This document shows positions 46,098 through 56,401 of a stretch of DNA of 64,000 bases, piece after piece. The position numbers were made by a program, and so were the translations under genes. Where the stretch lies: positions 1,604-65,603 of the forward strand of contig CAYXUD010000148.1 of assembly GCA_964467775.1 (NCBI GenBank). The letters run 5' to 3'. Origin of the DNA: an uncultured Bacteroides sp. Its GTDB lineage: Bacteria; Bacteroidota; Bacteroidia; Bacteroidales; GCA-2748055. Positions within the stretch are counted from its first letter, which is position 1; each line of letters begins with the position of its first letter. Under the pieces are notes generated by a model. The model saw only the letters and a list, made by a program, of their open reading frames with translations. It made no database searches and was not told where the DNA came from.

Positions 46098-48488
46098 CTA
46101 CAGGGTAAATCTGGCAGTCACAAGAAAGTTCCGGCCCGGCGCACTGAGGCCGGAAGCATAGGGTTTATAGAACTGATCAAGCAGGTTCTCAATGGCCACC
46201 ATAAGATCAAAACAGGTGGCCAGGCGAAATCCCGCTTTCAGGTTGGCGGTCCACCACGAAGGAAAACCAAACTCCATCGCTTCACCCTCGTTGTCCTCGC
46301 CGTAAGGGGAAAAATCCGCCGCATTCTTCCAGCCGTTATATATAAGATAGGTATCCAGGAAAAACCTCTCCTTCCGATAGGTGATGGAGGTCCGGCCAAA
46401 AACGGGGGGGATATGGCCCAGAGGAACATCATCTGAAATGTTATGTCCGCGGGTATAGTTGAAAGTGGCTTTCAGGGTGAGGTCCTGATTCAGGTTCGAG
46501 GTAAGGCGCATGGAAACGCCATAGATATATCCCTTCCCGGCATTATAATTGGTGGTGATCCTGTACATCTCCCCGTCGTACAAAAGGGAATCTATCCCGT
46601 TCAGCTGATAGAGGGTCCTGACAATGGCATCTTTCAGGTAGCTATAGTACCCCGACAATTCAAGTTTTATATAACCCTCCACCATCCTGCTGATTCCGAG
46701 TTCAGCATTGTACGTGTATTCAGGGGAGAGCTTCTCATTGGGTACAGTGATGAGGTCATCCTTGGCCCTCACCTTTCCGTAATCATCCACGTTTGGATTC
46801 CGGAAGCCGTTGGAGAGGATGGCATTGATCTGCCAGCGGTCTGAAGGGGTAAGGATCATCCCCAGGCTTCCTGTGAGCGCCCCGTTCATTATGCGGACCT
46901 CGTCAAAGGGGAGGTTCCCGTCTGTGAACTCCGAAAAGAGGCCTGCCCTGCCGTACCTTGCGCCACCGTTCAGCAACAGACGTTTTCCCAGGATCCACTT
47001 GTAGCTTGCATAGGCAGATGCGCTCCACGTCCTGCTTCCCCCGCCCGGGTAACGGGTCAGGGCAGGGGTCCGTTCATCGCTGTAAATATTTTCATACCAC
47101 GCCGCCGAAGCGACCCTGTTGTGGTTGAATTGCAGTCCGTAGTTCAGTTTATGCCTGGATCCCCACACTTTCAGCAGGTCGCTGTTCAGGCTGGCCACGG
47201 TAACATCCTCCTGCTGGGCCAGCCGCTCTTCAACCCTGAATTTCCTGGTATAACGGTCCTCATCGATCCTCTGAAAAGCTACAATGGTCGTCATCTTCGT
47301 GAAGAGGGGATTATCTTTCTTCACTACGTTCTTCAGGGAAAGAAGAAGCCTGTTCTGCGGCCCGTAATAGCTGGAGGCATACCGCAGGTTCTTCCCGCTG
47401 TAATCGTTCAGCTGGTCAAGCCGGTCAATGTCCGATGAGGTGGAGTACTGTATATTCAGCATCCACTCCACAACCTTTGAAGGGACATAACGAAGTTTCT
47501 GAAGGATATCCAGCTGGCTGTAACCCGTGTTCTTCTGGATGAGCGGGTTTTCGTTCACCAGGGTCGAATCGGTCCCGTTCACCTGGCCCACATAGTGCAT
47601 GACCTTCCCCCAGTTCCCCAGATAAGGGTTTCTGCGCGAACCCATACGGATATCCCCCAGCTCCTTGTAAGTGACACTGGTGAGGGAGCCCCATCTTTTT
47701 CGGCCCGCGGAGAAGTCCAGGTGCCCCTTGATTCCCCGGTTTACCGAAGCAAAGCCGGCACAGGCACCGACGTGGCAACAGGGTGGGCTGTCTCCGGCAA
47801 TTTCCGGGTCCCTGGTGTAATAGTGAATGACCCCGCCGAGGGCATCACTCCCGTAGATAATGGATGTGGGTCCGAAAATTACCTCGGTCCGTTCGAGTAT
47901 GGAATTGTCAACGGTGATTGAATTCTGAAGGTGGCCGCTTCGGTAGATGGCGTTATTAAGCCTGATTCCATCCACCACAAGCAGGATTCTATTGGCCTCG
48001 AACCCGCGAAGGATAGGGCTTCCGCCTCCGCCCTGGGTCCTTTGAATAATGATGTTCCCGGTGCCTTCGAGTATTTCGGCGGCTGTAAGCCCTGTGCTTT
48101 CGTTCAGCACTCTTTGCTCAAGCACATCCACCATGTAGGGAATGATCAGTTTGCTTTCCCTGGACTTTGATGCGGAAATCACATATTCCTCGATCAGGAT
48201 GTTCTTCCTGTGAAGCACCACGGAACGCTCGCCTTCCAGCTGATACTTGCTGAAGATGGCAGTGATGTATGAAGGGTGCTGAAAAACAATGGTATCCGAA
48301 AGCGCGAAAATAGAAAGATCGATCATCCCCAGGGAATCGGTAATAGCGGCCCTCTCCCTGGTGCTGTTGAATACAGCCACATGTTCGATGGGGGAGCGGT
48401 CTGCAGCACCAAGCACCCTGATCTGCTGTGCCTCCAGGGAGACGACAGGGATCAACATGTTTATTATGAAGAAAATACGATATGCCAT
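46098..48488 (-). CDS. TonB-dependent receptor (non-SusC type)
   Basis: Signal peptide, plug motif ERTEVIFGPTSIIYGSDALGGVI, GFRNPN and C-terminal PGRNFLVTARFTL. Confidence 0.92.
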   Translation of the reverse strand: MAYRIFFIINMLIPVVSLEAQQIRVLGAADRSPIEHVAVFNSTRERAAITDSLGMIDLSIFALSDTIVFQHPSYITAIFSKYQLEGERSVVLHRKNILIEEYVISASKSRESKLIIPYMVDVLEQRVLNESTGLTAAEILEGTGNIIIQRTQGGGGSPILRGFEANRILLVVDGIRLNNAIYRSGHLQNSITVDNSILERTEVIFGPTSIIYGSDALGGVIHYYTRDPEIAGDSPPCCHVGACAGFASVNRGIKGHLDFSAGRKRWGSLTSVTYKELGDIRMGSRRNPYLGNWGKVMHYVGQVNGTDSTLVNENPLIQKNTGYSQLDILQKLRYVPSKVVEWMLNIQYSTSSDIDRLDQLNDYSGKNLRYASSYYGPQNRLLLSLKNVVKKDNPLFTKMTTIVAFQRIDEDRYTRKFRVEERLAQQEDVTVASLNSDLLKVWGSRHKLNYGLQFNHNRVASAAWYENIYSDERTPALTRYPGGGSRTWSASAYASYKWILGKRLLLNGGARYGRAGLFSEFTDGNLPFDEVRIMNGALTGSLGMILTPSDRWQINAILSNGFRNPNVDDYGKVRAKDDLITVPNEKLSPEYTYNAELGISRMVEGYIKLELSGYYSYLKDAIVRTLYQLNGIDSLLYDGEMYRITTNYNAGKGYIYGVSMRLTSNLNQDLTLKATFNYTRGHNISDDVPLGHIPPVFGRTSITYRKERFFLDTYLIYNGWKNAADFSPYGEDNEGEAMEFGFPSWWTANLKAGFRLATCFDLMVAIENLLDQFYKPYASGLSAPGRNFLVTARFTL

Positions 48489-48635
48489 GAAGAGGGAAAG
48501 TAAGCAAAAATAAACAAAAACTATACCATTGAATTCCCGGTAATGCCTCCAGCAGGGCAGGAGGGGCGGCTGTGTTGGTAATTTTCCCCTCAACCTGCTT
48601 GTGAAATTCATATTTTTGGGTTAAACAGGCCCCGA

Positions 48636-51395
48636 ATGTTGAAAAGGATTTTATATGGCGGGCTTTTTGCGGTGGTATGTGCAGGCCTGGTGGCAGTCAT
48701 TCTTCTGCAGCGGCTGGACAGGATCACACCCATTGAAGCATTGCAGGCTGTACCTGGTGATGCCATACTCTTTATCGAGGATGTGGACTACGAGTACCTG
48801 GCAGAGACATTTATCCCCGGAAGCAGGATATGGATAGATTTTGTGAATACCACCGGCAGGCAAAGGCTGGACTCCCTGGTCAACAGGGCGATTTCCCTGG
48901 TCAATACGAACAAGCCTTTACGGGAGCTCCTTTTAAAGGATGGACTGAGCATCTCCATTCACCTGCAGGGGAAGGACCAGCTTATGCCCCTTTTCTACAT
49001 ACCTTATGCCGATCATCACAGCGACCATGAATTCGAACAGGTGATCCTCTCCCTGCTGGACGGGGAAGCCATGTTTAACGAGCGGAAATATGAAACCGAA
49101 ACGCTCTATGATGGTTCAGGCCATCCAGGCCATATCCCCGGCAAGTTTACATTCTCCTGTGTGAACGGGATCTGCCTGGCCAGTCCTTCGAAACTGCTGG
49201 TGGAAGCATCAGTCAGGACCATCCATTCAGAGTCCGATCTGTCGCAGGACGCAGGTCTGCAAATGATCCGGGGCACTGCCGGCAGGTATGTGCATGCCAA
49301 CGTGTATATGAATTATGCCAAGGCCCATCTCCTGTTGTACCCCTTCATCCGCCAGGAGAGCTGGGATCTGATCCACAGGATGTCACAGCTGGCGACCTGG
49401 GGGGAGCTTGACCTCGATATCAAGGAGAATGCCATCGTGCTGAACGGGATGACCCTGGCCGACAGCGGGACCCCCCTTTTCCTGGGAGCTTTTGCAAACC
49501 AGTCACCCGTTAAGATGGAACTGCATGAAATGATGCCTTCGGGCACTTCCTGTTTCCTTCACATGGGGATCAGCGACAGGTCCGGGTTGAAACAGCAGAT
49601 GGAGGCATACCTGTCCGGCACGGGTGAATGGGCCGAAATAGAAGCTGAATCGAAAAGGATAAAACAGCTTTACGGGATCGATCCCCTGGAGGACCTGTTC
49701 GGGATCATGGATGATGAGTTGGCCTGGTTCGCCATCGAAGGGGAAACCACCCGCCCGGAGGAGGAGGTACTTCTCATGGAAACCAGGAGCCACAGCGAAA
49801 CCCTGGAAGTGGTCATGAGGTGGATCGAAAAGTACCTGCAGCTCCACGCCTTTGATATGCAGTCCTTCAACCATGTCTACCAGCTTGATCCACAGACCAG
49901 GTTCAACATCTACCGCCTGCCTGAACCCTATTACGAAGGATTGATGCCGGGACGGCTTTTCAACAGTTACTTCACGGTGTATGAAAACTGTCTGATCTTT
50001 GGTCCTTCGGTCGATGTACTGTCAAGGGTGATCTATCAGAACATCCTGCAGAAGACATTTATCAGCGACCCCGTCTTCCAGGAGATGTCCGATTATTTTT
50101 CCAACCGGAGCAATATCACGCTTTTTCTCAGGCCATTTGCCTACCTGGATTATAAGAGGGAACTGCTGAATGAGAAAACAGCGGCACGACTGGCGGCCAT
50201 GGAGATCTTCCTGCGAAGGGTACCCGGGATCGTGATCCAGTACAGTGCTGAAGACCGTCTCCTGTATCAGAGCGTGAGCTGTAAATATACCTCCCAGATC
50301 AAGGAGAAGGCGCTTACCGTATGGGAAAGCCTGATGGATTCATCCGGGGTGATCAAACCGGCCCTGGTGGTCAACCACGATACACAGGAAAAGGAGATTT
50401 TCGTGCAGGATGCATCCGACAAGATCTACCTGATCAACAGTACCGGAAGGATCCTCTGGGAAAAGAAGCTGGACGGACCGATCATGGGCGATGTGTTCCA
50501 GGTTGATTTCTACAAGAACGGGAAGCTGCAGTACCTGTTTAACACGGCGGAGAAACTACACCTGATCGACAGGAACGGAAATGATGTGGAACGATACCCG
50601 GTCATCCTCCGTTCACCGGCCACTGCCCCCATGGCACTTTTCGATTATGACAACAGCAGGGATTACCGGATCTTTCTGGCATGCGAGGACCGGAAGGTCT
50701 ATGTGTACGACATCGAAGGCAAGGTGGTAACGGGCTGGGGTTTCGGGAAAACTGAATCCATTGTCACCGGGGCCCCCCAGCATTTCAGGATCAACGACAA
50801 GGATTATATCGTGCTGTGGGACCAGAACCGCCCCTACTTCCTTGACCGCAGGGGTAAGGAGCGGATCAAACCGAAGGAGAGGGTGGTGTTCTCTGCCGGA
50901 AATCCCCTGACACTCGACATGAATATCAGGGAGGAGAAACCCAGGTGGATCTCCACGGATACTTCGGGCAGCGTCGTCTGTATCTATATGGACGGCTCTC
51001 TCTCCACCCTGCTGGAGCAGCATCTCTCAGGTGAACATTTCTTCACCATGCAGGACATGGACATGGACGGGGTGCCCGAATATATCTTTGCCGAAGGCAA
51101 TGAACTGAGTGTGCTCCGCCAGGACGGGAAAAGGCTTTTCAGTTACCGGGTAAAGGACAGGATCAGTGACATGCCGGATATTTACAAATTCTCTGCTTCT
51201 GACATCAAGATCGGTATAACGGACCGTTCCAGAAACCGGATCTACCTGATCAATGCTGACGGATCACTGTATGAAGGTTTTCCTCTGGAGGGTTCCACCA
51301 GGTTCAGTATCGGCTATTTTGCCGGGTCGGACAGCAGGTTCAACCTGATTGTGGGAAGCGCGAACAATTTTTTATACAACTATTCAATCGAGTAG
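48636..51395 (+). CDS. Large membrane-anchored hypothetical protein (DUF3352-like) with C-terminal beta-propeller
   Basis: N-terminal TM anchor; C-terminal blade repeats (DFYKNGKLQYLF, DYDNSRDY, DMDMDGVPEY). Confidence 0.7.
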   Translation: MLKRILYGGLFAVVCAGLVAVILLQRLDRITPIEALQAVPGDAILFIEDVDYEYLAETFIPGSRIWIDFVNTTGRQRLDSLVNRAISLVNTNKPLRELLLKDGLSISIHLQGKDQLMPLFYIPYADHHSDHEFEQVILSLLDGEAMFNERKYETETLYDGSGHPGHIPGKFTFSCVNGICLASPSKLLVEASVRTIHSESDLSQDAGLQMIRGTAGRYVHANVYMNYAKAHLLLYPFIRQESWDLIHRMSQLATWGELDLDIKENAIVLNGMTLADSGTPLFLGAFANQSPVKMELHEMMPSGTSCFLHMGISDRSGLKQQMEAYLSGTGEWAEIEAESKRIKQLYGIDPLEDLFGIMDDELAWFAIEGETTRPEEEVLLMETRSHSETLEVVMRWIEKYLQLHAFDMQSFNHVYQLDPQTRFNIYRLPEPYYEGLMPGRLFNSYFTVYENCLIFGPSVDVLSRVIYQNILQKTFISDPVFQEMSDYFSNRSNITLFLRPFAYLDYKRELLNEKTAARLAAMEIFLRRVPGIVIQYSAEDRLLYQSVSCKYTSQIKEKALTVWESLMDSSGVIKPALVVNHDTQEKEIFVQDASDKIYLINSTGRILWEKKLDGPIMGDVFQVDFYKNGKLQYLFNTAEKLHLIDRNGNDVERYPVILRSPATAPMALFDYDNSRDYRIFLACEDRKVYVYDIEGKVVTGWGFGKTESIVTGAPQHFRINDKDYIVLWDQNRPYFLDRRGKERIKPKERVVFSAGNPLTLDMNIREEKPRWISTDTSGSVVCIYMDGSLSTLLEQHLSGEHFFTMQDMDMDGVPEYIFAEGNELSVLRQDGKRLFSYRVKDRISDMPDIYKFSASDIKIGITDRSRNRIYLINADGSLYEGFPLEGSTRFSIGYFAGSDSRFNLIVGSANNFLYNYSIE

Positions 51396-51398
51396 ATC

Positions 51399-52061
51399 AT
51401 GAAACGACATATTCCTTCCGGAATACTCTTTCTCCTGGCAGTTAGCTTCATGCTTACCACCTGTCATAAAGAGTATTTTGAATTTGACAAGCTTTCCACA
51501 GAAATGGAGCTGGAACCAGGCCTTGTGGCCCCGCTGTTGTATGGATCCTTCACAATGGAAGATCTCATTGAATTCCTCGATTCGACCGATTACTCCCTGG
51601 AGGACGAAGCCGGACTGACCTATTATCTGATCTATGCCGATACCATTTTTTCGGTCGACGATACAACGAGCTTTGAAACAGGTATGCAGGAGGACATGGT
51701 GACACAGTTACAGGTGAACCTTAAGACGGTCAATGAACTGCCCTTTTATATGGAGCTGCAGGTCTACCTGGAGAATGAAAACCAGGCGGTACTCGATTCG
51801 GTGTTCGATAACCAGGGAGTGGTGCTTACGCCGGCCCAGTTGGACAGTGAAGGAAAACTCTTAGTCATCACCGAGGATGAGAACAGCTCCACGTTTGATG
51901 ACGAGAAAATCAGTATTCTGGATAGCGTCGCCTATCTACGGGTAAAATCAAGAATGGTGGTCGCAAGTGAAGGGGCTGACTTTGTAAAGGTCTATGCCAC
52001 CTACTCCATGAATTATAAACTATCGTTATCGGCAAAGGCCAGGCTTAAAATCCAAAACTGA
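51399..52061 (+). CDS. Hypothetical lipoprotein
   Basis: Signal peptide ending LTTC; acidic beta-rich body; 3 nt after the upstream stop. Confidence 0.7.
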   Translation: MKRHIPSGILFLLAVSFMLTTCHKEYFEFDKLSTEMELEPGLVAPLLYGSFTMEDLIEFLDSTDYSLEDEAGLTYYLIYADTIFSVDDTTSFETGMQEDMVTQLQVNLKTVNELPFYMELQVYLENENQAVLDSVFDNQGVVLTPAQLDSEGKLLVITEDENSSTFDDEKISILDSVAYLRVKSRMVVASEGADFVKVYATYSMNYKLSLSAKARLKIQN

Positions 52062-52066
52062 AGATC

Positions 52067-53536
52067 ATGAAGCTATCTGTAAAGGCATGGACCCGCAGGA
52101 CATCTATTTTCGTGATTACCCTTACCATGGGCATATCCGGCATGGCTCAGATCAACAGTACGCTCTATTTCATGCACGGCATACCACAGGCAAACCGGAT
52201 CAATCCCGCTTACCAGCCCCGCTGCGGATTATACCTGGGGCTTCCGCTGGTTTCGCCCGCAAGGGGAGGGTTCTCTTTCAGTTCACAGTCTTATGAAGAT
52301 GTGATCCAGCGCCATCCCACCGAGAACTCCCTGATCACATTCCTCCACCCGCTGGCAGACAGGGAGCCCTATTTGGAGCACCTGAAGCCGGTCAACCTGG
52401 TGGCATCGAACCTGGCAACATCCCTGGCTTCGCTGGGGTTCAGGACCAAGATCGGTTTCTTCTCCCTGGGGGTGGCCACCCGGATGGATGGAAGCCTTAC
52501 ATACCCGGCCGATCTGATCCACCTTCTGGTTGATGGAGTAGAGGAGGGAGGAACCTATAGCCTCGATGGCCTAGGGGCGAACCTGTCGCTTTTCGAAGAG
52601 ATCTCGGCGGGGTGGGCAGGAAGCCTGTCGGACCGCCTTGACATCGGGGTCCGGGCCAAGGTGCTGCTGGGGGTCGGAAACCTCTTCACCAATCGTTCGG
52701 AAGTATCCCTTTATACATCGCAGGAGGCATGGAACATCAGATCCGACCTGTTGATCAATACCTCCCTTGGCTTTGCCGAGGTAATCTATAACGAGGAGGG
52801 GCTGATCGAAGAGATCAAGGTGGATGAGGAACTCCGGAACCCCACGCCCTATGAGATCGCAAGGTATGCATTCGGATCAGGCAATTATGGTTTCGGAGCG
52901 GACCTGGGTATTGTGTACAGGCCGGTGGATAAGCTGTCACTGAATATAAGCGTGGTGGACCTGGCATATATCCGCTGGGAACAGGAGGTGCACCAGATCA
53001 GCTTCAAGGGGGAATATGAATTTGACGGCATTGAATTCAATCCATTCGGCCTTGCAGAGGATGAAACTTTCGGAGACTACCTTGACAGTACCCTGTCACA
53101 GATCGCTGACAGCCTCTCCGGTTTTCTGGTCATGGGCCCGGGCGCTCCGTACAGCAAAAGGCTGAACACGAAACTTTATGTGGGGGCGTCCTATGATATA
53201 GCGCCTATGCTCAGTTTCGGCATTCTCTCACGAACAGAATTCCGGAAGAGGATCATTACGGAACATGTGACAGCCACGGCCAATTTTTCCGCCGGCCGTT
53301 TGATCAACCTGAGTTTGAGTTATTCCTACATGCATTCCAGTTTCAGGAATATCGGGGCAGGCTTTGCCTTCAATGTGGGCCCCCTGAATCTTTACATGGT
53401 TTCAGACAATCTCCTCAACCTTGTATTCTGGCCCCAGGCCAGCCGTGCGGTCAATGTCTGGCTGGGAATGAACCTCGTGTTCGGATACAAAAGCTTCATG
53501 CAGGGTGTGGAAAGGGACAGGCCGCTGGTTTATTAA
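52067..53536 (+). CDS. DUF5723-family outer-membrane protein
   Basis: Signal peptide, INPA motif, GFGADLGIVY, SVVDLAYIRW and terminal GMNLVFG strand. Confidence 0.75.
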   Translation: MKLSVKAWTRRTSIFVITLTMGISGMAQINSTLYFMHGIPQANRINPAYQPRCGLYLGLPLVSPARGGFSFSSQSYEDVIQRHPTENSLITFLHPLADREPYLEHLKPVNLVASNLATSLASLGFRTKIGFFSLGVATRMDGSLTYPADLIHLLVDGVEEGGTYSLDGLGANLSLFEEISAGWAGSLSDRLDIGVRAKVLLGVGNLFTNRSEVSLYTSQEAWNIRSDLLINTSLGFAEVIYNEEGLIEEIKVDEELRNPTPYEIARYAFGSGNYGFGADLGIVYRPVDKLSLNISVVDLAYIRWEQEVHQISFKGEYEFDGIEFNPFGLAEDETFGDYLDSTLSQIADSLSGFLVMGPGAPYSKRLNTKLYVGASYDIAPMLSFGILSRTEFRKRIITEHVTATANFSAGRLINLSLSYSYMHSSFRNIGAGFAFNVGPLNLYMVSDNLLNLVFWPQASRAVNVWLGMNLVFGYKSFMQGVERDRPLVY

Positions 53537-53550
53537 AGCCCTGACCCCAT

Positions 53551-54300
53551 CTATTTCGGTTTGATCTTCCTGGCCATGTTGGTGGCGAATACAAAATTAT
53601 TCAGGGGTTCATTTTCTGTTTTCAGGATCTCCTCACCGGTACCTTCCCAGCACTTGCAGCCTTCATGCATAAAGACCACAAAGTCACCGATCTCCAGCAC
53701 TGAGTTCATGTCATGAGAGTTCACGATGGTGGTCATATTGAAATCCTCGGTAAGCTCCTTGATCAGGTTATCAATGACGATCCCGGTTTCCGGATCGAGG
53801 CCGGAATTGGGTTCATCACAGAAGAGAAAACGGGGATTCATTGCAATGGCCCTGGCAATGGCCACCCTTTTTCTCATTCCACCGCTCAGTTCAGCCGGGA
53901 AGAGCCTGTTTGAACCGGTTACCCTTACCCTTTCAAGGCAGAAGTTCACCCGGTCAAGCTTTTCTGCCCTGGACTGAGTGGTCAGCATATCCAGGGGGAA
54001 CATCACATTTTCTTCCACCGAAAGGGAATCGAAAAGCGCTCCTCCCTGGAAAAGCACGCCCATTTGCTTGCGGATCTCCTGCTGCTCTCCCGCACTCATA
54101 TGACTGAAATTCTGCTCGTTATACCAGATCTCCCCGCTGTCCACCCGGACCAGGCCCACAATGGACTTGAGCAGGACGGTCTTTCCCGATCCGCTGCGGC
54201 CAATGATCAGGTTGCACTTCCCCTGCTCGAAGCTAACGCTCACATCATTGAGCACCAGGTTCCCGTCGTACTCCTTATACAGGTTTTTCACCTTGATCAT
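53551..54300 (-). CDS. mlaF: ABC transporter ATP-binding protein, MlaF/Mkl family
   Basis: GRSGSGKT, LFQGGALFDSL, LSGGMRKRVAIARA and DEPNSGLDP motifs. Confidence 0.88.
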   Translation of the reverse strand: MIKVKNLYKEYDGNLVLNDVSVSFEQGKCNLIIGRSGSGKTVLLKSIVGLVRVDSGEIWYNEQNFSHMSAGEQQEIRKQMGVLFQGGALFDSLSVEENVMFPLDMLTTQSRAEKLDRVNFCLERVRVTGSNRLFPAELSGGMRKRVAIARAIAMNPRFLFCDEPNSGLDPETGIVIDNLIKELTEDFNMTTIVNSHDMNSVLEIGDFVVFMHEGCKCWEGTGEEILKTENEPLNNFVFATNMARKIKPK

Positions 54301-55037
54301 TGCAGGATAATTCTGGTGAGGACAAGGTTGGCCAGCAGGATCAGCACACTGCTCTGGACCACTGCTTTTGTACTGGACCTTCCCACTTCAATGGCCCCCC
54401 CTTCGACATAGTATCCCAGATAGGATGATACGGAGGTGATGATAAAGGCGTAGAAGGCTGTTTTGGTCATGGCATAGCTGATGTAATTGGGACTGAAAGC
54501 ATATTGTATTCCGTAGATGTACTCCGAAGGCGGCACCACGTTGGCCACCACACAGGAGAAGTATCCTCCGGCCAGCCCCACGATCATGCTCAGCAGGCAC
54601 AGAATGGGAAAGAAAATGACAGCAGCGATCATCTTCGGCAGGATCAGGTAGGAGGCAGAATTGACACCCATGACCTCCAGGGCATCGATCTGTTCCGTGA
54701 CCCTCATCATTCCCAGCTCAGAAGCTATGCTCGATCCGACTTTCCCTGCAAGGATGAGGGCGACCATGGTGGAGGAGAATTCCAGCAGAAGCGAATCCCT
54801 GACGGTCACCCCTACCAGGTATTTGGGCAACAGCGGGTTTTCAATATTGAAATTGGTCTGTATGGTGATCACCGCTCCCACGAATATGGATATAATGACC
54901 ACGATGGCAAAGGAGTTGATCCCCACCTTTTCGATCTCCCTCAAGGTCTGGCGGTAGAGGACAGGCAGCTTTTCCGGACGGCTGAAGGTCCTCATCAGGA
55001 GGAGAAAATAGGATCCTATCTGGTTAAGCAGATGCAT
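54297..55037 (-). CDS. mlaE: ABC transporter permease, MlaE family
   Basis: AGKVGSSIASELGMMRVTEQIDAL and GGAIEVGRSSTKAVV motifs; ATGA overlap with mlaF. Confidence 0.9.
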   Translation of the reverse strand: MHLLNQIGSYFLLLMRTFSRPEKLPVLYRQTLREIEKVGINSFAIVVIISIFVGAVITIQTNFNIENPLLPKYLVGVTVRDSLLLEFSSTMVALILAGKVGSSIASELGMMRVTEQIDALEVMGVNSASYLILPKMIAAVIFFPILCLLSMIVGLAGGYFSCVVANVVPPSEYIYGIQYAFSPNYISYAMTKTAFYAFIITSVSSYLGYYVEGGAIEVGRSSTKAVVQSSVLILLANLVLTRIILQ

Positions 55038-55153
55038 AAGCAGGATATAAAATTAAATATATCATTTATAAAACATCCTTCCCCGTCCGGATGTTATTTA
55101 AAAACCAGCTATATTTATTTCTATTACAAAAGTAACTCCCTACCGGAATAATC

Positions 55154-56248
55154 ATGAATACAGATAATTATTGCGTCATTATGGCCGGCGGCATCGGAAG
55201 CCGATTCTGGCCACTGAGTAAAGCCCAGCGCCCCAAGCAGTTCCTTGATATCCTCGGGGTAGGGAGAACCCTTCTTCAGCAGACCTATGACCGGTTCATC
55301 CAGCTGGTTCCTGCCGACCAGATCTATATTGTCAGTAACCTGGAGTACCAGGGGATCATTGCCGAACAGCTGCCTGACATCCCCCTGGAGAACATGCTGC
55401 TTGAACCGCTCCGGAGGAATACGGCTCCCTGCATTGACTATGCCAATTTCCGGATCCACCGGAAGAATCCCGATGCCAATATTGTGGTGGCGCCATCGGA
55501 TCACCTTATCGTGAAGGAGGAGGAGTTTCTCAGAGAGGTGAAACAGGGACTTGAATTTGTCATGGCCAACGATGCCCTGCTCACCATGGGGATTGTGCCC
55601 AGCCGGCCGGAAACGGGATATGGATATATCCAGTCTGTTCAGAAAGAGGTGAAAGGGTACGAGTCAACCGGCCTTCGCAAAGTAAAAACCTTTACCGAGA
55701 AACCTGATATTGAGCTGGCCAGGGTTTTCCTTGACAGCGGGGACTTTTACTGGAACGCAGGTATTTTCTTCTGGTCGCTGAAGAGTATCATGCATGCCTT
55801 TGAAACATACCTCCCCGAGATCCACTCCCTCTTCAGGGAGGGCGTGGATGCTTATGGAACAGCGGAGGAGGGTGAATTCATTGAAAAAACCTACAGCAAC
55901 TGCCGGAACATCAGCATCGATTACGGGGTCATGGAGAAAGCTGAGAATGTCTATGTCCTTGTATCGGACTTCGGCTGGTCTGACCTGGGAACGTGGGGAT
56001 CCCTGTATGATCAGCTCCACAAGGATGAAAAGCGTAATTCGGTGACAGGGAAACACGTCTTTATGTACGATTCCACAGGGAACATCGTTAATGTCCAGGA
56101 TGACAAACTGGTTGTTCTTCAGGGTCTCAAAGACTATATTGTGGTACAGAACGAGGACATCATCCTGGTTTGCCGAAGGGATGATGAGCAGAAGATCAAA
56201 CAGTTCGTCAACGAGATTAAATCCGAGATCGGGGAAGAGATGATGTAG
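55154..56248 (+). CDS. manC: Mannose-1-phosphate guanylyltransferase
   Basis: IMAGGIGSRFWPLS..PKQF, EPLRRNTAP, PSDH, FTEKP and WSDLGTW motifs. Confidence 0.93.
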   Translation: MNTDNYCVIMAGGIGSRFWPLSKAQRPKQFLDILGVGRTLLQQTYDRFIQLVPADQIYIVSNLEYQGIIAEQLPDIPLENMLLEPLRRNTAPCIDYANFRIHRKNPDANIVVAPSDHLIVKEEEFLREVKQGLEFVMANDALLTMGIVPSRPETGYGYIQSVQKEVKGYESTGLRKVKTFTEKPDIELARVFLDSGDFYWNAGIFFWSLKSIMHAFETYLPEIHSLFREGVDAYGTAEEGEFIEKTYSNCRNISIDYGVMEKAENVYVLVSDFGWSDLGTWGSLYDQLHKDEKRNSVTGKHVFMYDSTGNIVNVQDDKLVVLQGLKDYIVVQNEDIILVCRRDDEQKIKQFVNEIKSEIGEEMM

Positions 56249-56328
56249 GCAGTGAAGCTGACCGCAGCGGGGAACAGAATCCCTTGGAGCCCTGGAAAAC
56301 ATAGAGGCTTTTCAAAAGAAAATCCAGA

Positions 56329-56344
56329 GTTAGGTATACCTAAC
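56329..56344. repeat. Perfect 16-bp palindrome GTTAGGTATACCTAAC
   Basis: Self-complementary sequence read directly. Confidence 0.8.
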
Positions 56345-56376
56345 GAAAGAGGCCGTACCTTCTGATACAGCCTCTT
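56343..56376 (-). terminator. Intrinsic terminator downstream of gldN
   Basis: AAGAGGCUGUA-8 nt-UACGGCCUCUU followed by UCGUU on the minus strand. Confidence 0.65.
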
Positions 56377-56401
56377 AGTGGTTTATGGTTCCGGGGTGCT
56401 G

